From IMG/VR virus record IMGVR_UViG_3300037507_002457, positions 4,235-68,234 of that record: 64,000 bases of DNA. The stretch is one strand, 5' to 3'. The position numbers and the translations under genes are program-made. This document shows, piece after piece, positions 20,713 through 31,158 of the stretch (the first letter of the stretch is position 1; every line of letters begins with the position of its first letter). The notes below the pieces were generated by a model. That model was not told the origin of the DNA. It saw only the letters and a list, made by a program, of their open reading frames with translations, and ran no database searches. This DNA comes from a virus.

Positions 20713-22080
20713 GTGCATATTGTAGAAACAACCGAAGACTATAACAATCTGTGTTCAATCATAAACTCTGAACACGTTTATATCAGTGCTGTTTGTTTGG
20801 ATAATCAAAAGCATGTGTCCAACAACAACATATCACTATTATTCTTCTACTTTTATGTCAGCGACGACTATTGGTGTTTGCCCATAGATCATAACGAGTG
20901 CATCTGCTTGGATAATATTCTTGAGAGCGTCAAGGTTGTATTGCGTAATGCCAAGTTTCATAACAAGATAGTTTCGGACAAGAAGAATATTGTTCAGTTG
21001 TTTGGCGAGGATTATAACTTCATAGACATAGATGTGTTTAGATTTCTTGAGAATGGCCAACTGCCGTCTGAAATTGAGACGACCAACTCGCACAGTTTCA
21101 TTGATTTTCATTTCAAGAATATGTTTGATCTGAACAAGTGTGTGCCGGTATATAAGCACGCCAAAGTATTCACCAATAATGTTCAGAAGATAAAGAACAT
21201 ATACTTGTCTAATATTCGCGAGAAGGGATTTGTATTCACCAACAATGTTATGACTGACTTGTTTGCCAAGTTAGAGTCAAATGGATTGTGCGTGAATGAA
21301 GATTTTACTGATATTTTCGGCGAGGAACAAAATCGCCATATCAAAAACAATTTTGTATTTTCGCAATACAACCTGCTTACATCAACTGGCAGACCCTCTA
21401 ATAGATTTGGCGGCGTCAATTATGCGGCGTTGAATAAGAATGATGGTAGCAGAAACTGCTTTGTAAGCAGATATGGCGACGATGGTATGCTTGTGATGAT
21501 GGACTATAATGCGTTTCATCCGCGTCTTATTGCTCACTTATCCAACTTCCAAATGGACGCCGCTGAAAATCCATACGCATATCTATCCAAGTATTATTTC
21601 AACAAGTCCAATATAACCGACGAAGATATTGCTGTCGCTAAAGGATTTACATTTACACAGATATATGGCGGCATTGATAAGAAATGGATACATATTCCAT
21701 ATCTAAAGAAGGTGCAGGAATATATTGACCATCGCTGGAAGTTCTTTGAGGAAAATGGATATATAGAAACGCCAAAGTATGGCAGAAAAATCAAACATTG
21801 TCATATTCAAGATCCTACTCCCAATAAACTATTCAACTATATACTACAGGCGTTTGAGACAGAAATGGCAGTAGATGTGCTTGGCGAACTAATGAATTAT
21901 CTAAATGATAAACAAACCAAGCCGGTGCTATATACATACGATAGCATATTGTTTGATGCTCATAAAAGCGATAAGATGCCTGTTATAAAAAGAATAAAGA
22001 GCATAATGGAACGCGACAAGTTTCCGGTAAAAGTATATGCAGGCAAGAATTATGGTGATATGAAACAGATCTCTATATAA
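20713..22080 (+). CDS. Short family-A DNA polymerase (Pol I-like)
   Basis: TSTGRPSN, motif A MDYNAFHPRL, motif B AKGFTFTQIYG, NYILQAFE, motif C YTYDSILFD. Confidence 0.85.
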   Translation: MHIVETTEDYNNLCSIINSEHVYISAVCLDNQKHVSNNNISLLFFYFYVSDDYWCLPIDHNECICLDNILESVKVVLRNAKFHNKIVSDKKNIVQLFGEDYNFIDIDVFRFLENGQLPSEIETTNSHSFIDFHFKNMFDLNKCVPVYKHAKVFTNNVQKIKNIYLSNIREKGFVFTNNVMTDLFAKLESNGLCVNEDFTDIFGEEQNRHIKNNFVFSQYNLLTSTGRPSNRFGGVNYAALNKNDGSRNCFVSRYGDDGMLVMMDYNAFHPRLIAHLSNFQMDAAENPYAYLSKYYFNKSNITDEDIAVAKGFTFTQIYGGIDKKWIHIPYLKKVQEYIDHRWKFFEENGYIETPKYGRKIKHCHIQDPTPNKLFNYILQAFETEMAVDVLGELMNYLNDKQTKPVLYTYDSILFDAHKSDKMPVIKRIKSIMERDKFPVKVYAGKNYGDMKQISI

Positions 22081-22126
22081 TATTTATAATAAGCGTATAT
22101 CTCATATATACGAATATTTATATATC

Positions 22127-23527
22127 ATGGAAAAAAGTAAGATTATAGAGTATGTTCTCAATGAATGGGCGATGCGTTCGCCAGATGGTTTGGCGAGTGG
22201 ACATGACACCCCAGAAAATATTTCTATATTAAATGAAATACTGGCAGAACGAGATGAGATCAATCCACTTGCTTCTAAATATTTTGTAAATAAAGGAGGA
22301 TCGTTAATCGCAAAAAATCATCCGATGTATCAAGACGGAACGAGCATAGAAATGATAAAGTCGGGGCAAGCGGCTAAAAAATGGCATAAAACTTTTGGCG
22401 CAAAGGCAAAATGGGATGTAAATTTTCTCACGCAAGAAAAAGGTTTTAATCAAAACTCCGCAGAAAAAATTATTGATGCATTGGATGAGCTTTCTGCACA
22501 GAATAAAATGGATTTTCTTGAACACTTGGATAATGAAACGCCGGAAAGTGCAGTAAGTTATATAAACGAGAAAATAAAACAATCGGACTTCTTGAACTTT
22601 ATGAAAGCATTGGACGGTGCAAGATCGTCGGCGAAAAAAGTAGATTCTACTGGTTCTGCGGGTCGTGGAGAATATATAATTGTATTGTTGATCAAAGACG
22701 CGAAAAGTGCAGGAACGAAGTCTGGGGATATTTTGCTGGCCGATGGTAGAAAAATAGATGTAAAAGAAGGTTCTGACATTTTTAGAATAACCGTTGCGGC
22801 ATTCGGTAGAGGAGGATTTGATAAAGTTCCCTACATACGAGCACTCACAGAACTCATGGAATATTGTAGAAAAGATGAATATAAGGAAGCATTGATTGAT
22901 CTTTTAAAAGAATCCGGTGCAGAAGACGGTTTAGGCTCGCTAGGAAAGAAAAGAAGCGATTATACTGCAACCGAAGATTTTATAAAAAATCCTTCATTAT
23001 TTAGTTTGGGAGTTTCTGTAATATATGGTTTAGAAACTTTGCGATTATATGTAAGAGGACTTTCAGAAAAAGAATATGGAACGGTTACTGGTACCGAGAA
23101 GGTAGAATTTGATTTAGACGATAGCACAAAAGTTCTTAAATTGAAAGACCTTGATGCAGAGAATGAAAAAAAGATAAAAGAACCAGCACCAGAAGGATCA
23201 ACTGTTCAAATAAAAGTATCTCCAATTGAAAAACAAGCAAGAAAAATGGAAATAATAATTCCACAAATAAAAAGACTTGAGTTTTTCAAATATCATCCCC
23301 AAGTTGATAAAGACATTTACGACCCAGTTAAAGTTGCAAGTGAAATGCTCAAGGCTGTATCCTCATCGGGGGGAAGTTATACTGGCGGAATTATTTTATT
23401 CAAAGAAAATGGCACATTTGAATATGAATCAAATCTAGAAAACTGGTTTGGAGACTGGATGTTTTATGGTTATGCGCAGAGTGGACCAGTTCTTATCAAA
23501 CGAAAAAGTAGCGGAGATGTACAATGA
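22127..23527 (+). CDS. Hypothetical protein, possible PD-(D/E)XK nuclease
   Basis: GRGEY..GDILL..KIDVK resembles a restriction-like core. IIEYVLNEW leader and TATTTATA upstream. Confidence 0.6.
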   Translation: MEKSKIIEYVLNEWAMRSPDGLASGHDTPENISILNEILAERDEINPLASKYFVNKGGSLIAKNHPMYQDGTSIEMIKSGQAAKKWHKTFGAKAKWDVNFLTQEKGFNQNSAEKIIDALDELSAQNKMDFLEHLDNETPESAVSYINEKIKQSDFLNFMKALDGARSSAKKVDSTGSAGRGEYIIVLLIKDAKSAGTKSGDILLADGRKIDVKEGSDIFRITVAAFGRGGFDKVPYIRALTELMEYCRKDEYKEALIDLLKESGAEDGLGSLGKKRSDYTATEDFIKNPSLFSLGVSVIYGLETLRLYVRGLSEKEYGTVTGTEKVEFDLDDSTKVLKLKDLDAENEKKIKEPAPEGSTVQIKVSPIEKQARKMEIIIPQIKRLEFFKYHPQVDKDIYDPVKVASEMLKAVSSSGGSYTGGIILFKENGTFEYESNLENWFGDWMFYGYAQSGPVLIKRKSSGDVQ

Positions 23528-24402
23528 AAAATGAAATTGAAAAATTAATAGAAAACGTAATACTTGACTGCGAATCTGACGATAGAATATCGTCCGGAGT
23601 ATTTGATATACACAACGCCGATCACTTGGCTGTTTTTGTAGAACGCTCTGTGCGATTTGGGTTGACCGAGGAAATAGCAGAAAATCTACTCGACACGGCA
23701 ATGTTTGCAGAAGGAAAATATCCAGACCGCCAAGCTTATAACAAGGAAGGATGGTTGGTTACATTTCCATCTAAAGAATATCGTGACGCTGCAATAAAAA
23801 AAGGAACACACGCTGTATCGGACCCAACCCACGGTAAGGGTGGTATGAATCTTTACTATAAACGCAAGGGAAAACAAAGACGACAGACGGCACAGGCAAC
23901 AACCTCTGTAGATCAACAAGTTAATACCGGTCAGACAGCAAAACAATCCGCGCCAGTTGCGCAACCAACAAATAAAAAAACTGTACAAACAGGAACTCCC
24001 TCGGATGCTCCAAAAGATTCTAAGCCAAAGTCGCAAGCTCCCGAAGAAGATTTGGATGTAGATTCAAGAAGTGACGCGCTATTGAAATATGCCGCAAAAA
24101 AACTTGGACCTACTTATAAAGGAAAGTATTCACAAGAACCAAGTTCGGAAGCACCAGCCGCACCAGCCTCAGCCGCCGCTCCCGCTATAGACGTTCCTGT
24201 GGTAACAACTCCTCCCGAACAATATTCTTCTGTATCAAAGAAATTTGCCGCTAAAAAAGGTTGGAGAGCGGAACCATATGGTGAATATAGAGATGTTGAA
24301 GGAAATACTGTAGCCGTTGTTGGATTGAGCGGTGAAGTTGTGCCGGTTAAGAGTGTTGACAGAGATGAATACAAAATCTTTGCAGAAAAGAACATGACGT
24401 AA
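23524..24402 (+). CDS. Hypothetical protein
   Basis: ATGA overlap and a low-complexity A/P/Q/T central linker. Confidence 0.75.
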   Translation: MKNEIEKLIENVILDCESDDRISSGVFDIHNADHLAVFVERSVRFGLTEEIAENLLDTAMFAEGKYPDRQAYNKEGWLVTFPSKEYRDAAIKKGTHAVSDPTHGKGGMNLYYKRKGKQRRQTAQATTSVDQQVNTGQTAKQSAPVAQPTNKKTVQTGTPSDAPKDSKPKSQAPEEDLDVDSRSDALLKYAAKKLGPTYKGKYSQEPSSEAPAAPASAAAPAIDVPVVTTPPEQYSSVSKKFAAKKGWRAEPYGEYRDVEGNTVAVVGLSGEVVPVKSVDRDEYKIFAEKNMT

Positions 24403-24403
24403 T

Positions 24404-24802
24404 ATGGCAGGCAGCAACGCACAACTTCTTTGCACTTTCGCAAAGTATAATACATATCAAAACGAAATAGATGCGTTGTCTGAGTATTACAACATACTTG
24501 AAAAGAAAGTGTATGTATTACAAAACGTCGCCAATAAGGACGAAATATTTCTGACATATAATGCTGAAAAGAACGGTAGTCAGTTTTATACCAACACCAT
24601 TTCTGTTCATCGTAAAAAAGAACATAATATTATATACAGCATCAATGCTCTGAATGAACTTATCAAAGAGCAGAATAACGGCATAGTATCAAATACATTT
24701 CAGATAAACTGGGAACAATATAAGAACTCATTCATTACTGCCAGAGAAGGCAAAATAAAAGTCACGCCAACACGGTTGATGAAAATTTATCAGATAAGTT
24801 AA
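24404..24802 (+). CDS. Hypothetical protein
   Basis: QLLCTF..TISVHRKKEHN..YSINALN. Lies directly upstream of SSB. Confidence 0.75.
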   Translation: MAGSNAQLLCTFAKYNTYQNEIDALSEYYNILEKKVYVLQNVANKDEIFLTYNAEKNGSQFYTNTISVHRKKEHNIIYSINALNELIKEQNNGIVSNTFQINWEQYKNSFITAREGKIKVTPTRLMKIYQIS

Positions 24803-24987
24803 GCATAAACTTTCTTTAGTTTATAGTTATAGATACTTAACGAATGACTGATTAACGATTGAAAAAATAGCCAACGGCTTCTTATAGATTGACGATTATC
24901 ATTTATTGAGTCATAGTATTCAACATTGACCGAGTTGAGTATTTTCAAATTGGTCAAAACACATTAACAATTAACGAATAAATAATT

Positions 24988-25812
24988 ATGTCATTAGACC
25001 TTAACAAAATTAAGTCGCGTCTTGATTCGCTCAAGAGCACACAAAACAAGACCACCGCCGTGTGGAAGCCAACACCGGGCAAGAACGTAATCCGAATCGT
25101 TCCTTATGCTCACAATCCTGAAAATCCGTTCATTGAACTGCTTTTCCACTATAATATGAACGGTAAGACATATCTGTCTCCTGCTTCATTTGGTCGCCCC
25201 GATCCTATCGTTGAGTTTGCCAACAAGCTCAAGAAGAGCGGAGACAAGGAAGAGTGGAAGACTGGTCGCTCGCTTGAGCCCAAGCTTCGTACATATGTAC
25301 CTGTTCTCGTTCGTGGAGCAGAGCACGAAGGTGTGAAGTTCTGGGGTATGGGCAAGCAGGTGTATCAGGAAATCTTGAGCATTATTGCTGATGCTGACTA
25401 TGGCGATATTACTGATCTGCGTGCAGGTCGTGACATTGTCGTGGAGTTCAAGACTGCCGAAGAAACTGGCAAGAGCTTCCCCGAGACCACAATTCGCGTA
25501 AAGCCAAATCAGACTCCCGCGTTTGACCCTTCTGATGCCGCCATCAAGGAGAAGGTCAAGAACCAGAAGAACGTGACAGAACTGTTTCCGGAACTGTCTT
25601 ACGAAGAACTGGCCGCTGTAATGGATACTTGGTTGAACTCTTCGCAGGAAGCTGCTGAAGATGGCGAGACTGTTTCCGCCACTGCTGCTACTACTGAAGC
25701 AGAACCCGCCGATGTTCCTGCACCAAAAAGTGCTACGACCAAGGCTGCGGTCAAGGCTCCTTCCAGCACTAAGGAAATTGCTGACGAATTCAACAATTTG
25801 TTCAACTCGTAA
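24988..25812 (+). CDS. Single-stranded DNA-binding protein (gp32-like)
   Basis: WKPTPGKNVIRIVP, DPIVEF, YGDITD..GRDI, acidic tail ending DEFNNLFNS. Next to RecA. Confidence 0.8.
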   Translation: MSLDLNKIKSRLDSLKSTQNKTTAVWKPTPGKNVIRIVPYAHNPENPFIELLFHYNMNGKTYLSPASFGRPDPIVEFANKLKKSGDKEEWKTGRSLEPKLRTYVPVLVRGAEHEGVKFWGMGKQVYQEILSIIADADYGDITDLRAGRDIVVEFKTAEETGKSFPETTIRVKPNQTPAFDPSDAAIKEKVKNQKNVTELFPELSYEELAAVMDTWLNSSQEAAEDGETVSATAATTEAEPADVPAPKSATTKAAVKAPSSTKEIADEFNNLFNS

Positions 25813-25847
25813 GTTGAACATAGTAGTAGAATAAATGATGAGAAGAT

Positions 25848-25877
25848 GGTGCGCCAGATGGAGTACTGGCGCACCAT
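25848..25877 (+). other. Strong GC hairpin between SSB and RecA
   Basis: TGGTGCGCCAG-8 nt-CTGGCGCACCA with no U tract. Could be an mRNA stabiliser or weak terminator. Confidence 0.6.
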
Positions 25878-25898
25878 TACTCAAACATACTATCATAT

Positions 25899-27119
25899 AT
25901 GAAAAAGAAAACTATTGAACACGAGATTGAATCATCTCGCGATGAACTGGCAGAAGCATTGGCTGACTCCATCAATAAGAACAGCGACGGCAAAGTTGCT
26001 TTCTTCCTTGATGCAGAAGATGATCCTTCGCAAATTACTGACTGGGTTTCTACCGGAAATAGTCTCGTTGACTTGACTATTGCCAATCGACCAAATGGTG
26101 GATTGCCTGTAGGTAGAATTACTGAACTGACTGGTCTTGAAGCATCTGGTAAGAGCCTTATGGGCGCTCACCTGCTTGCTGAAACTCAAAAGAAGGGCGG
26201 ACTGGCAGTATTCATTGATACAGAAACTTCCGTATCTACGGATTTTCTAACAGCCATTGGTGTAGACGTTCCAAAGATGCTATACATCAATGTTGATACA
26301 GTAGAAGATGTTTTTGATAAGGTTGAAGAAATCATCACTCTTGTTCGCAAGAGCAGCAAGAATCGTCTTGTGACTATTCTGGTTGACTCTGTTGCCGCTG
26401 CTTCTACCAAGAAGGAACTGGCAAGCGATCACGGTGCGGATGGTTATGCCACCGGCAAAGCCATTGCTATCAGCAAGGCGATGAGAAAGATCACAGGACT
26501 TATTGCTAAACAGCGTGTATGCTTGTGCTTTACCAATCAACTTCGTCAAAAGGTAGGATTTGTTGGACTTGGCGATCCTTGGACAACCAGTGGTGGTAAA
26601 GCCATTGCGTTCCACGCTTCGCTTCGCCTACGTCTAAAGCAGTTGAATCAAATCAAAAACGCTGATAAACAGACGGTTGGTATTCGTACCAAGTGCACTG
26701 TTGTCAAAAATCGTATGGGACCACCTATGCGAAGTGCTGAATTTGACATCTACTTTGACCGAGGCATCGACAACTTCAGCAATTGGTTGGAACATCTCAT
26801 TGAATGGGATATTGTAACCAATGCCAAGAAGCCAAAGGTTGCAGGTGAAAAGAAGACAAAGAAGCAGTTGGAAGAAGAAAAAGAAGAAGATAAGAAGGCA
26901 AAGAACCTACAATTCATTATGCCTGTTGAAGGTAAAGAACCCGAGACAGTTGTATTTGAAAAGAAGGACTTGCCCAAGCTGCTCAAGGACAGACCAGAGT
27001 GCAGAGACTATCTTTATAACAAACTCGTTGAGAACTTTGTTATGAAGTATAAGGCTCCTAACTCTGAAATGGCTGATGACGTTGAATACGACGAAGCATC
27101 AGAAGGAGCAGACGACTAA
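25899..27119 (+). CDS. recA: RecA/UvsX recombinase
   Basis: GGLPVGRITELTGLEASGKS (Walker A), FIDTE, ILVDSVAA, FTNQLRQK, TTSGGKAIAFHAS, KNRMGPP. Confidence 0.95.
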   Translation: MKKKTIEHEIESSRDELAEALADSINKNSDGKVAFFLDAEDDPSQITDWVSTGNSLVDLTIANRPNGGLPVGRITELTGLEASGKSLMGAHLLAETQKKGGLAVFIDTETSVSTDFLTAIGVDVPKMLYINVDTVEDVFDKVEEIITLVRKSSKNRLVTILVDSVAAASTKKELASDHGADGYATGKAIAISKAMRKITGLIAKQRVCLCFTNQLRQKVGFVGLGDPWTTSGGKAIAFHASLRLRLKQLNQIKNADKQTVGIRTKCTVVKNRMGPPMRSAEFDIYFDRGIDNFSNWLEHLIEWDIVTNAKKPKVAGEKKTKKQLEEEKEEDKKAKNLQFIMPVEGKEPETVVFEKKDLPKLLKDRPECRDYLYNKLVENFVMKYKAPNSEMADDVEYDEASEGADD

Positions 27120-27158
27120 AATGATCGTGTGGAGTGAAATACCTCCACACGGTTTTTA
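27118..27158 (+). repeat. Hairpin repeat copy 1 (terminator-like)
   Basis: ATCGTGTGGAG-TGAAATAC-CTCCACACGGT then TTTT. Confidence 0.75.
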
Positions 27159-27177
27159 TTATTACGAAAGGAAACAT

Positions 27178-27543
27178 ATGAGCGAAGATGCACACGACAT
27201 AAATAATCAGATAGAAGAAACGGCTATTGAGCCAAAGAATAAATTAAAAAAGACCAAGGCAGAAAAAAAGCCTAAAGCTAAGAAGACAAAGGTTGCAAAA
27301 ACCCCAAAAGTAAAATTGACCCCTTTGACTGAAATGTCCTATGAGGACTTTGAAAAGCTTCTGGCAGAAAAGGGCGAAGAGGGCGTATTTGAGATGTATG
27401 CAGACGAAATCCGAGAACACGGCGATTGGATTTGGCGTGAACAAGATCGCGGAGGACCAATGTATGAACTAGACAGTTGCATCCGAATGGCCGAACAAGA
27501 ACTGTTGGATGGTCTCTGGGGTCCAAGAGAAGAAGATATATAA
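27178..27543 (+). CDS. Hypothetical protein
   Basis: ATG at 27178 preceded by GAAAGGA. Lys-rich then acidic. Confidence 0.7.
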   Translation: MSEDAHDINNQIEETAIEPKNKLKKTKAEKKPKAKKTKVAKTPKVKLTPLTEMSYEDFEKLLAEKGEEGVFEMYADEIREHGDWIWREQDRGGPMYELDSCIRMAEQELLDGLWGPREEDI

Positions 27544-27580
27544 AAATAATCATATGGAGTGAAATACCTCCATATGGTTC
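27543..27580 (+). repeat. Hairpin repeat copy 2
   Basis: ATCATATGGAG-TGAAATAC-CTCCATATGGT. Confidence 0.75.
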
Positions 27581-27633
27581 ACAATAATAGATTTATATGA
27601 TGTTTGACAGTAATACCTAATATTTATTAATAT

Positions 27634-28572
27634 ATGAAAAATCAAACATTTATTCCGAGCGATCAATTAATTACATCATTATATGAGGAGTTCAAACGAG
27701 ACGATACTATTATTAGTATGATGGCATTAAGAAAAAAAAACAATTTCGGTTCTAAGACGGGAAGAAAGGTTCAGTTGGCTATTTACAAAAAGTATGGAGA
27801 AAACAATATAAAGAAAATATGCTTGAGTAGGTGTGGAAAAAGTAGAAGAGCAAAATCTAAAGGAACCTACAAACCATCGCCAGAAACAATACAAAAAAGA
27901 GCTAAAGCAATAAAGCAATCGTATATCAATGATCCAAAACTTATAGAATTGAGAAGAAAAAACGCATACAATACGATAGTGGGAAGGAAACAGACGGACG
28001 AAGAAAAAGAAAAACGTGCCAATTTGTTGCGAGGAAAAAAAAGGAGTCAAGAAACGAAACTTCGCATGTCTTTGGCGAAAAAAGGAATTCCTCTGTCAGA
28101 AAAGCATAGAAATAGTCTAATAGGAATATCCAGAAAGAAAGTAAATAGAAGTTATCCGAGAAGCGAAGAAACAAAAAAGAAGTTATCTATCATAGCAAAA
28201 CAACAATGGAAAGATGGTATTCATACACCGACATATAGGTCAAAAGGTCAAATGGAGATGGAATACATTATTAAAACGATGGGGTATAACGTCGAACCCG
28301 AATTTATAATAAATGGACGACCATACGATACTTATATACCCGCAAAAAATCTGTTGGTGGAATATAATGGAACATATTGGCACAGAGATCCTCGTTTCTA
28401 CAAAATTACGGAAGAAGTAAAGTTAATACACCGGAAAGATGCCGAAAAAATAAACTTGGCAAAATCCCACGGATATGATATAGTAGTTGTTTGGCAACAC
28501 GACTGGGAAAGTTGCGTGGATAAAAAACAATATCTTAAAGATATTTTAAACAAACATGGAAAACAAATATAA
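27634..28572 (+). CDS. Homing endonuclease (NUMOD3 repeats plus DUF559/Vsr-like nuclease)
   Basis: GKKRSQETKLRMSLAKKG and RSEETKKKLS repeats, YDTYIPAKNLLVEYNGTYWH, GYDIVVVWQHD. Confidence 0.8.
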   Translation: MKNQTFIPSDQLITSLYEEFKRDDTIISMMALRKKNNFGSKTGRKVQLAIYKKYGENNIKKICLSRCGKSRRAKSKGTYKPSPETIQKRAKAIKQSYINDPKLIELRRKNAYNTIVGRKQTDEEKEKRANLLRGKKRSQETKLRMSLAKKGIPLSEKHRNSLIGISRKKVNRSYPRSEETKKKLSIIAKQQWKDGIHTPTYRSKGQMEMEYIIKTMGYNVEPEFIINGRPYDTYIPAKNLLVEYNGTYWHRDPRFYKITEEVKLIHRKDAEKINLAKSHGYDIVVVWQHDWESCVDKKQYLKDILNKHGKQI

Positions 28573-29611
28573 ATCAATTTTTGATAAAATAAAAAAAGAA
28601 CACAATACATCGTCGTCCTCGGGATCTAAAAAATTAAACGACGACATATTGGTGGTTGATGGGCTGAACCAGTTTATAAGAACATGGATTGCCGTACCTA
28701 CGTTGAGTGCAAACGGTGACCACGTTGGCGGAGTAACTGGATTTCTTACCAGTCTTGGATATGCTATAAAACTATTACGTCCTACAAGAGTTATTGTAGT
28801 ATTTGACGGTAAAGGCGGAAGCCAACGCCGCCGAGACATATATCCAGAATATAAGAACAATCGTAAAGTATCTGTTCGTGTAAATAGAGCATATGAAGAA
28901 ATGAGCGATCCTAAGACAGAACAGGAAGCGATGATAAATCAAATGGTGAAACTGATTGATTTTCTTCGCAGCCTGCCTGTAAGTGTAATTTCTATTGATT
29001 ATATAGAAGCAGACGACGCTATTGCTTATATTGCCACACAGATGTATTCAACATCCAAGATTACCATAATGAGTGGTGATAAGGATTTTATTCAACTTAT
29101 CAACGATAGAGTATGTATCTGGAGTCCTATCAAAAAGAAGATATATGGCGTGCAGGATGTAATCAATGAATATGGCGTTCATCCTACCAACTTCATTTAC
29201 TATCGTATATTAGAAGGCGATAGTTCTGATAATATTGATGGCGTCAAGGGAGTTGGACTCAAAACTGCTATCAAATGCTTTCCTATGCTTACAGAAAACA
29301 AAGAAACTTCAGTCGAAGAACTATTGCTTCGTGCCAAGGATTGTATAAACGAAAAGAAGATATATTCAAGTATTGTGGAACATTCCAAGATCTTGAATAG
29401 AAACTATATGCTTATGCAACTAAAGAACCCAAGTTTTGCAGGTTCGTTGCAAATGAAAATATCTGATGCTGTAGAGAATGTATATGACTACAACAAGTTT
29501 CATTTTATACAAAAACTTACAGCACACGGTATGCACTCCACTATACCAAACTATCATGTATGGTTGCAGGAAGTATTCTATCCTTTGCACGTTATGGCAA
29601 AAACTGAATAA
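28556..29611 (+). CDS. 5'-3' exonuclease / flap endonuclease (T4 RNase H-like)
   Basis: LVVDGLN, VFDGKGGSQRRR..YPEYK, EADDAI, SGDKDFIQL, GDSSDNIDGVKGVGLKT. Confidence 0.92.
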   Translation: MENKYKSIFDKIKKEHNTSSSSGSKKLNDDILVVDGLNQFIRTWIAVPTLSANGDHVGGVTGFLTSLGYAIKLLRPTRVIVVFDGKGGSQRRRDIYPEYKNNRKVSVRVNRAYEEMSDPKTEQEAMINQMVKLIDFLRSLPVSVISIDYIEADDAIAYIATQMYSTSKITIMSGDKDFIQLINDRVCIWSPIKKKIYGVQDVINEYGVHPTNFIYYRILEGDSSDNIDGVKGVGLKTAIKCFPMLTENKETSVEELLLRAKDCINEKKIYSSIVEHSKILNRNYMLMQLKNPSFAGSLQMKISDAVENVYDYNKFHFIQKLTAHGMHSTIPNYHVWLQEVFYPLHVMAKTE

Positions 29612-29672
29612 TTTTTCTGAATCAAATTGACGAAACTCCAAATGCGTCGTAATATTCTAAACATCATCATTT

Positions 29673-31070
29673 ATGGCTCCAGTAATCATCGACAATCTAC
29701 ACAAATATGGTCTTGAATTTCAAGTCAAGATCATCGCAAGCATCCTTACGGACAAGACGTTTCTTGAACGTGTTGTTGACATCATAGAGATTGATGCCTT
29801 TGAGAACGAGGCACATCGCTGGATTGTAAAGGAAATCATTCAATATCACGCGGAATACAAGGACTTGCCTACTATGCAAGTTTTCAAGGTGCGTGTTGAT
29901 ACTATTGAAAATGCCGACTTCAAGGCAACGGTGACAGATCACCTAAAGAGTGTATATCTCAAGATTAGTGAAAAGGATCTACAGTTTGTGCGTGAGCAGT
30001 TTCTTGAGTTCTGCAAGAACCAGAAACTCAAGAACGCCATTATTGAGTCTGTCGATCATCTCAAGACAGGTGAATATGACAAGATCAAGGGTCTTGTTGA
30101 TAAGGCAATGAAGGCGGGTATGGAACGCAACCTCGGCCATAACTATCACAAGGACGTTGCTACTCGTATGAGTGAAATGTGCCGCAACACCATTCCTACT
30201 GGCTGGGATGTCATTGACTCTCTTATGGACGGCGGTCTTGGACCTGGCGAACTGGGTATTGTTGTTGCCCCTGCTGGCATTGGCAAGAGTTGGCTGCTGT
30301 GCAGCCTTGGTGCCAAGGCAATGAAGCGTGGCAAGAACATCGCACACTTCACGCTTGAACTGAATGAAAACTATGTTGGACTACGATATGATTGCTGCTT
30401 TACACATATTGACTTTCAGGAAATCAAGCATCGCCAAGGCGAAGTTGAAGATGTCATCAAGAAGATTGATGGTAAGTTGTTTGTGAAGTATTTTCCGCTA
30501 AAGACGGTTAGTGCTCAATCGCTCAAGTTTCATATTGAACGCATTCAGGCACTTGAGAATGTCAAAATCAATGAAATGATTGTTGATTATGCCGACATTC
30601 TTCGTCCGCAGGAAAAGGAAAAGAACAGCAACAGTTATAGCGAGGCAGGAAACATCTATGAAGAACTGCGGCAAGTTGCAGGAGAACTACAGATTCCTGT
30701 ATGGACTGCTTCACAAACAAACCGAAGCGGCGGTCAGGAAGACGTTGTTCAGGCACATAATATTGCTGACTCGTATCGTAAGATCATGACTGCCGATTTT
30801 GTGTTCAGCGTAACACGAAACATGCAAGACAAAGCCAACAATACTGCTCGTTGTCACGTAATCAAGAACCGCTTTGGTCCTGATGGCATCACTTTGTATG
30901 CCAAAATGAATACCGGCAACGGCGAGATTGAGATCTATGATTCTAAGTCAAAAGAAGCAATGGCTATTCAGTCCGGTATGGAAGATGACGAGTCTTCTAT
31001 GAAGACGATGTTGAAGAATAAATGGAATAGTTCTCGCCAAAATCAAAATGGCGAAAACGTCAATTTGTGA
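29673..31070 (+). CDS. Replicative DNA helicase (DnaB / gp41-like)
   Basis: GGLGPGELGIVVAPAGIGKS, TLELNE, IVDYAD, WTASQTNR, KNRFGPDG. Confidence 0.92.
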   Translation: MAPVIIDNLHKYGLEFQVKIIASILTDKTFLERVVDIIEIDAFENEAHRWIVKEIIQYHAEYKDLPTMQVFKVRVDTIENADFKATVTDHLKSVYLKISEKDLQFVREQFLEFCKNQKLKNAIIESVDHLKTGEYDKIKGLVDKAMKAGMERNLGHNYHKDVATRMSEMCRNTIPTGWDVIDSLMDGGLGPGELGIVVAPAGIGKSWLLCSLGAKAMKRGKNIAHFTLELNENYVGLRYDCCFTHIDFQEIKHRQGEVEDVIKKIDGKLFVKYFPLKTVSAQSLKFHIERIQALENVKINEMIVDYADILRPQEKEKNSNSYSEAGNIYEELRQVAGELQIPVWTASQTNRSGGQEDVVQAHNIADSYRKIMTADFVFSVTRNMQDKANNTARCHVIKNRFGPDGITLYAKMNTGNGEIEIYDSKSKEAMAIQSGMEDDESSMKTMLKNKWNSSRQNQNGENVNL

Positions 31071-31158
31071 GAAAATTTTGTAAAATTTTTTTGCATAATT
31101 TATTTTTTATAACACGTATTTATTCTCCACACAATAATACCAAGCGGAGGAAATTTTT

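Noticed and set aside
26820-26910. Charged insertion in RecA as a possible intein remnant
   Set aside because: A short K/E low-complexity loop with no splicing motifs.
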